This document shows, one piece after another, positions 51,601 through 64,000 of a DNA stretch of 64,000 nt (its first letter is position 1; every line of letters starts with the position of its first letter). The notes beneath the pieces are model-generated. The model did not search any database and was not told the DNA's origin. It saw nothing but the letters and a program-made list of their open reading frames with translations. Source of the stretch: Octopus sinensis (Eukaryota); contig NC_042999.1 in the NCBI RefSeq assembly GCF_006345805.1, positions 167,772,001 to 167,836,000 on the forward strand, written 5' to 3'. A program made the translations under genes and the position numbers.

Positions 51601-51894
51601 GTTTATTTGTGGATTATTTCAGTTCTACGTATTCTTTTGGCAGAATTAAATTGTTAATGCTCTGTGATTTACTGGTTCATCGTCAGAAAAATTGGAGTCT
51701 AATTAAGTGAAGCACCTGATGTCTTCAAGATTACAGTATTCTGAGGAAGGGAAACATTTATGTTTTTAGTTAGTGTTAGTCTGCATGTTGTGTACCTGGC
51801 TACATTCAGTTGCTCTATTTTGATGTTTGGGTTAATCCTCTATGGATGGATATCTCCAGTCAAGAATTACCAAGCATTTAATTTTGTCACACTT

Positions 51895-52275
51895 AGGTGC
51901 TGGCATAGCTGTAAGGTAAGAAGTTTGCTTCCCAACCAGATGGTTCTGGGTTCAGTCCCACTGCATGACACCTTGAGCAAGTGTCTTCTATTATAGCCTC
52001 AGGCCAATGAAAGCAAATGGATTTGGTTGACAGAAATTGAAAGAAGCCCATCTTGTGTGTGTGTGTATCTGTGTTTGTCTCATCACTGCCACTTGACAAC
52101 CAGTGTTGGTGTGTTTATGTCCTAGTCACTTAGCATTTCAGAGACAGTGACTGAAAGAATAAGTAGTAGCCTTTAAAAAAAAATTCCAGAGTCAATTTCT
52201 TCAACTAAAATTCTTCAAGGTGGTGCTCCAGCATGGCAACAGTCTAATGACTGAAACAAGTAACAGATTAAAGAT
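51895..52275 (+). mobile_element. Family A SINE, diverged
   Basis: Head and tail motifs. Confidence 0.8.
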
Positions 52276-52458
52276 TACCTTGTGTGTCTGTTTATATTGA
52301 TTTAAGTCCTACAGCATATTTTCAGTCCACAAAAGGAGGATAACACTCCAAAATGTATGTAATTCGAGTAAAATATAACAAGCTGATGAAATTTGAGAGG
52401 CAGCAGTCCAATGATTGAAACCAGTAAATAAGTAAAGAATATATACTATTGTATATAG

Positions 52459-52790
52459 CAGGGGTCCTCAACCATTTTTAAACTCTGGACCCCTTTGAAA
52501 TACTACTTAATTCTGGTGAACGCCCAAAACCATTCGATGTTTATAAATAAGTTTTATAGAAACTTCTTTCAAAATTCCTACTTTGTTTTTCATACATTAA
52601 CTTGTGTAGGCAGATCTATGTAAAGTGTTAGAGAAACAAACCCAGCTACTTCTTGCAATACATAACAATACATAGATTTAAAGCAATATGTCTTCAGGGA
52701 CCCTTAAAATACTATTGTGGATCCCCAATTTACTATTTCGTTTGTATGGACCCAAAAAAATCTTATATGGACCCCAGTTAAGAGCCATTG
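52459..52790. mobile_element. hAT (Charlie-like) MITE
   Basis: CAGGGGTCCTCAAC...GTTAAGAGCCATTG; 8-bp flanks gtatatag and gtctattg. Confidence 0.65.
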
Positions 52791-52807
52791 GTCTATTGTG
52801 TCTAATG

Positions 52808-52810
<3 letters not shown>

Positions 52811-52877
<67 letters not shown>
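52811..52877. repeat. (TC)n microsatellite
   Basis: Seen directly. Confidence 0.97.
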
Positions 52878-52880
<3 letters not shown>

Positions 52881-53861
52881 GCTACTTTTCTTTCTCTGTT
52901 TCCATCTGCCCGTCTATCATTCTTTCCGAGGGAGTATTAACTCATACTAAACAAAGTCTTTAGTTATGACAAGGCTTAAGTTACTTTGTGCCCGAATACA
53001 TGTGTAAGTAGTACAGCAGTAAAACGTAGAACTGTTATGTGGAAACTTACTATATCTTATGTGGAAGATTGAAATAAAGGTTTGACTAAAGAAGCTGATG
53101 CTAATGGATTAGTTGCATCCTGATCTCCAAGTAATGAACTTCTCCTGAAAAAGACTGGAACATCATATGGATTCGCAAATGGTGGACGTGCTCCAAGTGA
53201 AAAAAGGACAACCAGCTAACACTTGGGATTGAGTATGGTTAAATAACATGTATGATGCTTTCACCAATTGCTTTAGATATCTGTATTTGTGAGCAATCAT
53301 AGATGCCTTGTTAGTCAGTGGAATATTCAAGACAGGAATCCACCAATAGCTGGCTAGCACTCATTGTAGCAAAATGGACTGGAATAAAATGAAATAAAGT
53401 GCCTTGCTCAAAGATAAAATATGCTACCCAGTCCAGGAATTAAATCTACGTCCTTGTGATCATGAGCCAAACACATTAACCCCAAGGCTAAGTACCTTAA
53501 CATCACTTAAGTATTTGCTTGTATAAACCATGTATACAGTATAAAGCTGATGTCTGATTTTAAAGGTTAGCTCTGTTAGCATATGATAGGTTGTAAGTTA
53601 GTAATGTTTGTATACAAACCAAACATATGAGTAACATCAAGTGTAAGACAAGTGCCCCTACATGGTCATGTGAGCTACTAAAAGTAGTACCTAGATTCCT
53701 TCAAATCATACTCAACTATCTTAAAAGAAAGGTACATTTTATAATGTATAGTTTTAGGCATACAAACAGTCATGATGGTCAAGGCTAGACTGACTTTGAT
53801 CATAGGTTTGCTCTGTCAGTTCTGTTTTGGTTAAACAACAATGACAATGAAAAGCAAGTAT

Positions 53862-54080
53862 ACTCTCTTTACTCTTTTACTCTTTTACTTGTTTCAGTCA
53901 TTTGACTGCGGCCATGCTGGAGCACCGCCTTTAGTCGAGCAGATCGACCCTGGGACTTATTCTTTGTAAGCCCAGTACTTATTCTATCGGTCTCTTTTGC
54001 CGAACTGCTAAGTGACGGGGACGTAAACACACCAGCATCGGTTGTCAAGCAATGCTAGGGGGACAAACACAGACACACAA

Positions 54081-54119
<39 letters not shown>

Positions 54120-54290
54120 CATATATATGACAGGCTTCTTTCAGTTTTCGTCTACCAAATCCACTCACAAGGCTTTGGTCAGCCCGAGGCTATAGTAGAA
54201 GACACTTGCTCAAGGTGCCACGCAGTGGGACTGAACCTGGAACCATGTGGTTGGTTAGCAAGCTACTTACCACACAGCCACTCCTGCGCC
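53862..54290 (-). mobile_element. Family A SINE, full length
   Basis: Near-consensus. Confidence 0.92.
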
Positions 54291-55566
54291 TATATATATG
54301 TGTGTAAAAGATATATGGTGGAATTGAACCACATATCTCTCAAATTCTGACAAAGACTACATTCTACTATCTCTGATACCACCACCACACAGAAAGTTAG
54401 GTGTGTGAGTATAAGGTGAAGAGGATAAAAGCAGTGAATCAGGTTAATTTGCTTAACTTCTGAAAGCTTCGATCCCATTCATATGTAGTATCAAGTTATT
54501 TTTGTCTTTCACAGTCTATTAACTATTATGCACAAAGCTATTTTAAGAAGATAGAAATCTGGATATTTTACTTTGTTTATATAAATAATTATAATTACTG
54601 ACTTTGTTGTTGTTATTATTAATTAGAAAGAAAATTCTATTGTATTAATTTTCTGTAAAAGCTAATCATGCAACTACCTTCATATCATTTGCATGTTTAA
54701 AATGATATACATAACTTATTGTAGTTGTTACTGATTACATAAACACAGAAGGATCTGACGTGGCATTTTATTTTAGCAGGTTATTTCACTTCAATATCTT
54801 TAAAATTTCTGACGGGAAATCATATATGATTACTCGCAGTGTTAGCTAGTAAACCACCTTCATAATATGTAAAACTTATTTAAGATTACCAGGTCAGCAA
54901 AGGTGATTACTTAGTAGGATTATACAAATCTATGGGGTTTTTTTTTAATGTTTTTGTTTTTTAGCCACACACATTGGGAATAACTAGCTAATTAGTATTT
55001 GATATGCAAAGTCATTAGTTTGGGACTATACTATTTCACTTCAGTATATGTTTACTACCAGGAGATCTTTCTGAAGTTGATAGCTATCATAAAATAATAT
55101 TCCAATAACCATGATACTAAATGAAAATGTTCTCCAAAGTAAGTATCAATTCAGTTTTTATTCCTTTAATAATAATGATACACGGTTTGGTTTGTCTATC
55201 GATATGTTTATTTTTCTATTTAATCCTTTACATACATTCAGATAACAAACAATATCAATGACAAATATTTTAAACAATAATTGTTAGCATGCCAACCACA
55301 TTGTAAAGGCCATACTTTCATAATGCTGTAAAAGAAAATTATTTTGTCTTTTGCTTGTCTCAGTCATTTGACTGTGGCCATGCTGGGGCACTACCTTCAA
55401 GAATTTCAGTCAAATGCATTGACCCCAGAACTGTTTTTTTTAAGCTTGATACTCACTCTACCTGTCACTTTTGCCGAATTGCAAAGTTAGGGGATGTAAA
55501 CACACCCGTGCCAGTTGTCAAGTAGTGGTAGAGGACAAACACAAACACACACATATATATGTGATA

Positions 55567-55795
55567 GGCGACGAGCTGGTAGAAACGTTAGCATGCCGGG
55601 TGAAATGTGTAGCCGTATTTCGTCTGTCGTTACGTTCCAAGTTCAAATTCCGCCGAGGTTGACTTTGCCTTTCATCCTTTCGGGGTCGATAAATTAAGTA
55701 CCAGTTAAGCTCTGGGGTAGATGTAATCGACTTGATCTCTTTGTCTGTCCTTGTTTGTCCCTTCTGTGTTTAGCCCCTTGTGGGTAGTAAAGAAA
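55567..55795 (+). mobile_element. Family B SINE nested in the microsatellite of a minus-strand family A SINE (about 55345-55848)
   Basis: Flanked by atatatatgtga on both sides. Confidence 0.85.
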
Positions 55796-55964
55796 TATAT
55801 ATATGTGACAGGCTTCTTTCAGTCTTTCAGTTTCTATCTATCAAATCCTGTGTGTGTGTGTGTGTGTAATTCTATACTTGATCTTAGTTGACTTAATTTA
55901 TCTGAAAATTTAAACATTCTATACAATTCATTTTCTTATTTAATCTTTCTAGTTGTGTTCCAGC

Positions 55965-56240
55965 TCATATCACCATCGTTTAACGTCCGTTCTCCATGCT
56001 AGCATGGGTTGGACGGTTCGACCGGGGATCTGGGAAGCCAAAAGGCTGCACCAGGCTCCAGTCTTATCTGGCAATGTTTCTACAGCTGGATGCCCTTCCT
56101 AACGCCAACCACTCCGTGAGTGTAGTGGGTGCTTTTTACGTGCCACCTGCACAGGTGCCAGGCGGGGCTGGCAACGGCCACGGTCGGATCGGTGTATTTT
56201 ATGTGCCACCGGCACGGAAGCCAGTCGAGGCGGTGCTGGC
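55965..56240 (-). mobile_element. Family D retroposon, 5'-truncated
   Basis: Reverse complement of 6235-6505. Confidence 0.85.
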
Positions 56241-57219
56241 GATTAATATATTTAGTATACAGCACTCGTTGCATGGCATATGGCCTTAAAATTCATTTTA
56301 AATCACGAACTTGTGTCAACCAGTCATACCTACCAAATACATAACTATATATCTGACCTACCTGTTTTTATTGTACTTCAAACTGTCTTTATTATTTACA
56401 TACTTATTACAACTATATATACATGTACATAGCAATTATCATTCCAAAGAATTATATAAGATATTTTAAGATGTTGAATGCTTAAGATGCAGTATTATCA
56501 ATAGCATTATACTTTTGTTTTTCTTTTCTTTTCGGACCATAAACTTCATCTTTGGGGAGGAAACAACTTATAATAATATCACTTATATAATACATCTAAA
56601 TTGCTAATCTTCATTTATTTTCTGAGCATCATTGTCAAGTGTCTTATTTCTGGATGTGTGCAAATTGACTGGATTTGAACTAGGGACCTTTTTTGTAATT
56701 AATGGGTTATAGTGCTCTTTTGAAAAGAGCACTAAACAACTGTTGCATAAATAAGTACCAGTAGCCTATGTGATACAAATGTTGTTATACTTATTCTTAG
56801 AAGTAAAACTTCCTATTCTGTTACTATGTACATTTCATAAATAAAACTATTCTATTACTAATATCCATCATTGGACTACAACCATTCAGAGGTATCACCT
56901 TCAAAGGTTTAGCTGGTCAAATCCACAATAGTGTTTATTTTCTTTTTTAAGTTCACTTCTTATTTTATTGTTATCCATTTGTCAAACTGCTAAATTATGG
57001 AACATAAAAAAAGGTAAATTACTATAAACAGAACACAAGGCATGGGTACAACACATACACATATGTTTATATATAAATACACACATACATACATTGTGTC
57101 TTTCTGTGTTTTTTAATCGTCTGTCATCATAACCCAGAAGAACTTTCTTTGAAATGTTGGATCCTCCACTCACCACAACAATTTCACTTTACTTTTTATG
57201 TTACTTTTTCTAAATAACA

Positions 57220-57540
57220 GTAAGTCTTGCCAACAGAGACCACCTAGTCTTCTTCGATTCTATTTTATCTGACTATATGCAGTGGTCCACTTCCATGTCC
57301 AGGCTGCTGTCATCAGAAATCATGCTGGCTAAATAAATATGTGAACTTTTTCACCATCCTGAGAGAAAGACTGATTTGTAATCCTGATGGTTTGATTTCC
57401 TGTTCCAGTTGTTTGGCTTTAGTTGGATTCAAGATTTCAATCTTTTCCACATCTATTGTCATGTTGGAAACATGCCACATTTTCAAAATGGTGTATAATC
57501 TTCTGACTATCATGTTGGAAATGAGCCACTAAGAGCTAAG
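57220..57540 (-). mobile_element. Possible very old RTE-like reverse transcriptase fragment
   Basis: ...LRMVKKFTYLFS resembles the V..F.YLGS thumb motif; weak. Confidence 0.3.
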
Positions 57541-58310
57541 TCATAAGCAAAAAAATGTTCACAAATATATACACATCATTTTTTAGTGATAGATGCTGTT
57601 GACACCAGGGGGTTTCTCTGATTTTGTTTCATCATAATCATCGTCCTCATCGTTTCATCATTTAACATCCATTTTCCATGCTGGCATGGGTTGGACAGAT
57701 TAACAGGAGCTGTCCAGACTCGAATTGTCTGTTTCGGCATGCTTTCTACTGCTGAGTGCCCTTCCTAACATGCCAACCACTTTACAGAGTCTTTTTGGAT
57801 GCATTTTACTTAGCTTGACACGTCTTCTCAGGTACAGAAAATTGCCACAGGTCCCAGTCCTTTGTCATCTCTTCAGTGAGGCCCAGCATCTGAAGATCCT
57901 TTCTCATTACTTCACCCCACATCTTCCTGGGTCTACCCCTTCCATAGGATGACAGTTACTAGCTCCTGCATTTTGGATAGTCAATCCAAACTGATACCTT
58001 CCGAAATTTATGGAATACAGTCAAGAGATTCAGGAGAATTTAAGAGATAGTTTAAAAACTTACTAAAATGTTATTTGAGTGCTTCATGTTATTTTCTTCT
58101 CTATGAAGAGATGTAAACCATCCTTATTCCTCATTGGTGCATTTCCACATGTACACTGGGGACTGTACATTGGGGTGGCATAGAAGACCACATGATCAGT
58201 AATGTCATGAGAATCAGCAAGTTATGCTTTATTGTGATTTTTTTTTTATAAACAAACAGAAGCATTTATTTGTAGTCCTAAGTATAAATGTTCTTCATAC
58301 CTCTGTTTAA

Positions 58311-58345
<35 letters not shown>

Positions 58346-60621
58346 TAATAATAATAATAATAATAATAATAATTGTGTACAGTGCTCAGGTGCACTACAA
58401 CTCATCTAAAGTGTATATATAATCAGGTGTAGTTTCGGTGGATTTCGGAAAGCATGAGGGCCTTAAAGGATGCAGTGTCATGGCAGTCAACAACTGACGC
58501 AGGCAGTTTATTCCATGCTTCAGCAACTCTGAGCGTGAAAAAATGTTTCTGAAAGTCATGGGAGCTGTGTTGTTTTCTGACTTTGTAGGCATGTCCACGT
58601 GTGTTAGACACATGGAGATCAAAAAGGTGTTCAGTGTTGTTGTTGGTGAGGTGGTTGATAACTTTGTGGGTGTTTACCAAGTCTGTCGCCAGATGCCGGA
58701 GCTTCAGTGAATCCATGCCCAGGGAAACAAGGCGCTCAGAATATGGTAGGTGTCTGATGGAGGGTATGCATTTGGTTGCACGTCTCTGGACAGATTCCAG
58801 GAGGTCAATGTTCTGAGCAAGATAGGGTTTCCAAACTGATGATGCGAATTCCAAGTGTGGTCGTACCATAGCTGTATACAGTTTTAAATAGATGGCTGGA
58901 GAGCGGCTAACAAAAGTCTTGCTGAGTGATGCCAAGACACCCTCGGCCTTCTTGACAATTTCAGAGATATGCTTTGTCCAAAGCAAATCACTGCTGACAG
59001 TGATGCCTAGGTTACGCTCGCAAGAGGATTTCTTGATATCAGTGTTGTGGAGGAAGTATGTGGACGCAGGGTTTTTTCTCCCAAAATGCATGGTGGTACA
59101 CTTGTCCACAGCCAGTTTCAGTTGCCAGTCTGTGATCCATTGCTGCATTGTGTCTAGGTCTGATTGCAGGAAAGAGTTGTAGACATCAGGATCTGTCCTC
59201 TTGATTTCAAGGTACAGCTTGATGTCGTCTGCCTAGTTCAATACTGTGGCATTCTTTAAATTGGCATCTATGTCATTAATGTATGCCACAAACAAGAGGG
59301 GACCAAGGACAGATCCCTGTGGTACACCCGATGACATCTCATATGGTGTAGAATACTGTCCTAGAACTGTGACTACCTCCTTTCGGCTGAGAATGAAGGA
59401 TTTCAACCAGTTAAAAAGGTCATCCCTCACACCCATTGCAGAGAGTTTCACCATAAGCCTTTTGTGTGGCACAGAGTTGAAAGCCTTAGCAAAGTCAAGG
59501 TAGACAACATCCACCCATGAGCCACTGTCAGTGATTTGAGTAATGTCCTCAAGGAACTCGACAAGCTGATCACTGCAGCTGGAGTTAGGGACAAATCCAT
59601 ATTGTGAGGGTCGGATGAGACTGTGAGAGCTCCAGAAGTTCCAGAGTGTTTCTCTGACATACGATTCCATCAGTTTTGCAATACAGCTAGTGAGATTGAC
59701 TGGGCGATAGTTGACAGGTGATGTGCGGTCACCCTTTTTGAACAGAGGAATGACACTGGCAGTTTTCCACTGCTCCGGAGTAACACCATTGTTGAGACAG
59801 TACTGGAAGAAAATAGAAAGCTGGTGTAAAAGGAAGTACCTGCCACGTTTGAGAAGCAGGTATGTAACTCCATCAAGACCAGGGGAGGCATAGTTGCGCT
59901 TATTTTGAAGGTGATGTCGCAGCATTGCAGGTGTAAATTCCATAGTTGTTATGGAATTTGCTGTTAGTGATGGTGAAGATGGTACATTTTGACTTTCAAC
60001 AGTGAATATGTTTGCATAGCACTCGGCAATGAGTTCTGCGCATTCCTTGGGGTCGTCAGTGATCTGGTTTGTGTGAGGGTTGCAAAGAGGGCCCACTGGA
60101 GAGTGAGGTCTCTGCTTTGAATGCACATATTTCCAGAAAACCTTGCTATCAGGATTGGCTGCTATGCACTGTTCAAATTCAAGCACTGCTTTTTTTGTCA
60201 CTTGCTTGAGATGGTCGGAAGATATATTTATGCAACTTGTATTCCTGTTCAGCAGTCCGACGTTCCTTCCTGGCAAGTCGGACCGCTGAAGTTTCCCAAA
60301 TTGCCCTTTTGGGGCGGTTCTTCTTTTTCTGTTTACGTGGCACTGATGCTGCACATGCTGCCCATATTGAGTCCAGGATACTCTGGAGTATAGTATTCAC
60401 ATCTCCAGAGTTGTAGAATTCACGCCAGTTTGGGTGCTGTAGTTCAGTATGGTACAGGTTCCAATCTGCTCTCTTCCAATCAAAGGAAACAGATTGGAGA
60501 TGGTTCAGGTTTTTGTTGCCCGCAAGAGCCAGATTGGCGATGATCATAGCATGATCAGAGTCACCTAGAGGTTCCTCCGTAGTGCAATTGATAACCGCTT
60601 CAGGAGTTGTGGTGAAGAGCA
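58311..60621 (-). mobile_element. 5'-truncated CR1-clade LINE with (TTA)n 3' tail
   Basis: APE end (PLGDSDHAMI), RT motifs and post-RT domain; (AAT)n at 58311-58373 on the plus strand forms the tail. Confidence 0.93.
58423..60620 (-). pseudogene. LINE ORF2 (endonuclease end plus reverse transcriptase), disrupted
   Basis: SPGLDG, VIPLFKKGDR..PVNYRPVNLTS, QYGF, VYLDFAKAFNSVPH, SGVPQGSVLGPLLF, [*]ADDIKLY (in-frame TAG at 59233-35) and VRPHLEFASSVW; frameshift near 60200-60350. Confidence 0.92.
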
Positions 60622-61502
60622 GTTTAATGTTTCTAGATAACCTTCTAGTGTTTGTTTAAGTAGATTTATAGCAAAAAATCCTCAACACTGATCTCTTTTA
60701 GATTTTAATCAGAAAATTTGTTAGTTGATTGGTAAATTACTTTATTATTGATTTTGAATTGCCGAATATCTGCCAGTCATGTCTGGCTCAACACTAATAT
60801 ATGTAAATTGCCAAAAAGCTTATAAAAATAATCTATACCAGTAAACTACTAACAAAAACACACAACTTTTAAATCTGGTGAAGAAATTACATTTTTATAA
60901 ATGTTGTGATTATCCTTTCTGTGTCATGTTTTTTGTCCAAGATTACAAAAGCTTTCAACCTAAGATGTGTTTTAATCCATAATAAGTCAGCCAGAGGATA
61001 GATTTTACATTTTTAGTTAGTTGTAAGATAAGGGACGGTATCTATGATAATTTTGCTTCTTAGAGGTGGATACAACTGATACCATAGTTATGGTGATATG
61101 AATATAACATAGACGTGTTTCTCATCCTCATTATCGTCATCACTTAACATCCTTTTTCCATTCTGGCATGGATTAAACAGCTCAACTAGAGATGCTAAGC
61201 CAGAAATTCAGTTTATTTTGGTTTGGTTTTCATAGCTGGATGTTCTTTCCAATGCACAAGTACCTTTTATGTATCACTGCCATGTGTGCCTTCTACGTGT
61301 CACCAGCATGGGTACCTTTTACGTGTCACTGACATGGGTGCTATTTACGTATCAGTAACACTGGCCTTCACCAGGTTTTCTCTCAGCTTGATGTGTCTTC
61401 TCAAGCACAGCAATTCACCAGAAGTCCCTGTCACTTGCCACTGCCTCTCTAACACTCAGCATCCATGTTTATGTTGTGTATACCTTCATAGTTTATAACA
61501 TA

Positions 61503-61898
61503 CTAGCAGTATCGCCCGGCGTTGCTCGGGTTTGTAAGGGAAATAACTATATAAGCATTTTTAGAGAGTTCTAGCCAAAAAATAGCAAAAAAATGCATTA
61601 AAAATGGAAAAAAATTATGGTCATTTTTTTTTAAAATCGTTAACTCATCGTAGACATTTTTAGAGAGTTACTTCCCTTATATAATAGCGAAAAAAATGCA
61701 TTAAAATGGAAAAAAATTATGGTAAATTTTTTTTTAAATCGTAGACTCATCGTAGACGCGCACTAATACCCAGAAGGGCTCGATATGAATCACGACTATA
61801 CGATACCCGGTTTTGGTTAAACTGCACCGCAAAATGTGGGAGTAGCTAGGAATCTAAATCGTAGGAAACAGACACACAACCTCTTTTATATATAAAGA
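61503..61898 (-). mobile_element. Non-autonomous Helitron
   Basis: Minus strand: A|TCTTTATATATAAAAGAG 5' end, 3' hairpin CCCGAGCAACGCCGGG followed by CTAG|T; no TSD; internal tandem duplication of about 100 bp (61557-61758). Confidence 0.85.
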
Positions 61899-62211
61899 TA
61901 TATGTTATAGCTAGCAATATATTTGAGAAACACTATAAAGGACAATGGATTAGCTTAATCAATTGGATGACAGAGAAAATGCCTTGAAATATTTTACTCA
62001 TCTACCTTTTCCTTCTGACTTCATAACCCTTGATTCTTTTATCCTTCCACATTTGTTAAAATAAGTATCAATTGACTATGTTAGAAATAAATATTTTTTG
62101 ACTAAGATGAAATATTTTCTTGGAGCAGAAAACCTAACTTTATTAAAAAGATTTTGCTTGCAACAAAAATAGTTTGGTTGTCAGCTTTGTTTTTGTGATA
62201 GAAACTAAATT

Positions 62212-63506
62212 TAGGGTGGGGCAGAGAGGATGGACTTTTTGAAAAATTCAAAAAATCATTAATTTTAGCTACAAACAAATATTATTGACATCAGTGTGTA
62301 TGTATTAAATTAGCATTTGTTAAAATCAAGTGTGGGAAACAACATCCATCATGTGGTGTCCGTTTTCATTGATGCATTTCTGAAGGCATTCTTAGAAGTT
62401 AGCCTCCACTCTTTCCAGCAGTGCTCTGTCGATTTGGGCAACTTCCACGCAAATAGCTTTTTTCAAATCATCCAATGTCTGGGGCTTATGTGTATATGCA
62501 CATGCCTTGAGGTTTCCCTACAAGAAATAATCACACATGGACAAGTCAGGGGACTGAGAGGGTCAAGGAATGTCAGTAAACCTGGAAATGAAGCAGTCAC
62601 TGAAAAGAGGGTGAAGAACATCCATTGGTGCTCTAGCTGTGTGGGCCATTGCTCCATCCTGTTGAGACCACAGACATTGAATAGGCATACATTTTCATCG
62701 TGATTCAGGCACAAAGAAGTTGTTTACCATCTCAATGTAACACTTGGAGTAACAGCATTTCCATTATTGTCTTCAAAAAAGTAAGGACCAATGGCAGCAG
62801 CTTTTCCAACAGCACACCAGATCATCACTTTTGGGCTGTGCAGTGGTTTTCGTGCAGTTCTCTCAGATTCTCAAGAGCCCAATAACAGTAGTTCTGTTGA
62901 TTCCCCATGCCATGGAGATGAAAATGAGTCTCATCACTCATTATCAAAATGAGGTTGTCATTTGCCTCAAAAATTGCTTCCATCTGACATGCCAAGTTAA
63001 GCCACTGTGCATAGTCCCATGGTTTCAACTGCTACCCAATTTGTATTGGTGGAAATGCATGTTTTCATGCAAAATAAGACTTACCGATCGATTACCGATG
63101 AAAGTTCAGTGGAATGCCTCTGAGCAGAGCAATTCAGCTTGTCTCACACATTCCACATTTTCCGGGATCTCTACCATTTGTGGTGCCCCCACCAGTCTCC
63201 TATTCATTAGTGTACCACATGTATGAAGTGCATTCACCCAATATAAGATTGTGTTAAGGGTGGGAACAGCCTAATTTCGGTGAATGTTGAAGTGGCAACG
63301 AAACTCATGCGGAACTTCTGTGACAGACTCATTATTCTTCATGTAACTGTCAGAGGCAAACATACAATGCTCTATCATCCACAGCATCATGGCTTCACTT
63401 GAAAAAAGAAAATGCTAAGCCACCATGGAGTGCATGGTACCTGTCAGACATTTGTCCTTCCCACTGGGGCCTTTTCAAAAACATCCGTCCTCTCTGCCCC
63501 ACCCTG
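62212..63506 (-). mobile_element. Tc1/mariner superfamily element of the DD41D (rosa) type, complete but decayed
   Basis: TIR (C/T)AGGGTGGGGCAGAGAGGA(T/C)GGA...TTTTTGAAAA at both ends; TA after the right end. Confidence 0.9.
62326..63390 (-). pseudogene. DD41D transposase pseudogene
   Basis: MSDETHFHLHG..NQQN..YW; WSQQDGAMAHTAR...P*PSQSPDLSMCDYFL; 41 residues counted between the second and third Asp. Confidence 0.88.
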
Positions 63507-64000
63507 TACAAGTTGAATGTTGAATTAAAGTCCTTTCCTTAAAAGTTCTTCTAATCCACCACCCTTATCCTTAGAAATTGTCTTATTCTTTGATTCAGTT
63601 CTGGAAACAGGCTAAAAATTAGAATGTTCTAGTCAATGACATCTTTGTGTTTTACCTTTGGTTAACAGAATCAAAGAGCTTCACCTGCTAATTATCATTT
63701 TTGTTCTTAGATATATTACTTGGAGGAAAATATTACAATTCTTGAAAGGGCTTTCAAAAAAAAAAAATTATGATTCTGTATGGATTGCAATTGATTTTCT
63801 AAACCCTTTCAACAAATTTCTGTTTGAATGAAGCAAGGTTTAAATGACATTGGTGAGAACATAGCAGAAGCAGAATGGTAGGTCTGCCTTCAAGTCAGAT
63901 AAATAAGTATATAATATAGAGTAATAAGAAATACAGAGATGTGTGTGTGTGTGTGTGTGTGTGCTTGAAGTTGGCGATTGATGTACACTGCTACTTGGAG

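Noticed and set aside
51741-51765. CTGAGGA-AGG-GAAA-CATTTATG-TT hammerhead-like string (similar case near 4770-4790 on the minus strand)
   Set aside because: No stem II and no convincing stem I.

Overview
AT-rich eukaryotic DNA that is almost entirely non-coding and dominated by repeats. The tRNA-derived SINE families and dense (TA)/(CA) microsatellites suggest a coleoid cephalopod, probably Octopus (inference). There is no intact host gene; the only candidate is an ATG-only first coding exon near 520 on the minus strand, running out of the window. Most short ORFs in the track are translations of microsatellites or SINEs. Identifiable content: (1) about five SINE or SINE-like families; (2) a 5'-truncated CR1-type LINE plus RTE and CR1-like fragments; (3) two decayed Merlin (IS1595/ISXO2-like) transposases and GG-ended MITEs with 8-bp TSDs; (4) a DD41D (rosa) Tc1/mariner element; (5) Mutator-, piggyBac-, hAT- and mariner-type MITEs; (6) a non-autonomous Helitron; (7) a foldback-like element with a 159-bp tandem array. 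The most notable signal is a set of type I hammerhead ribozyme motifs in AT-rich, probably Penelope-like or retrozyme remnants. Two of them (11814-11914 plus, 40814-40905 minus) keep the full catalytic core and share an unusual design: a very long (63-70 nt) stem II and a self-complementary 8-nt stem III. All calls were made by eye, and the boundaries of degenerate copies are approximate.
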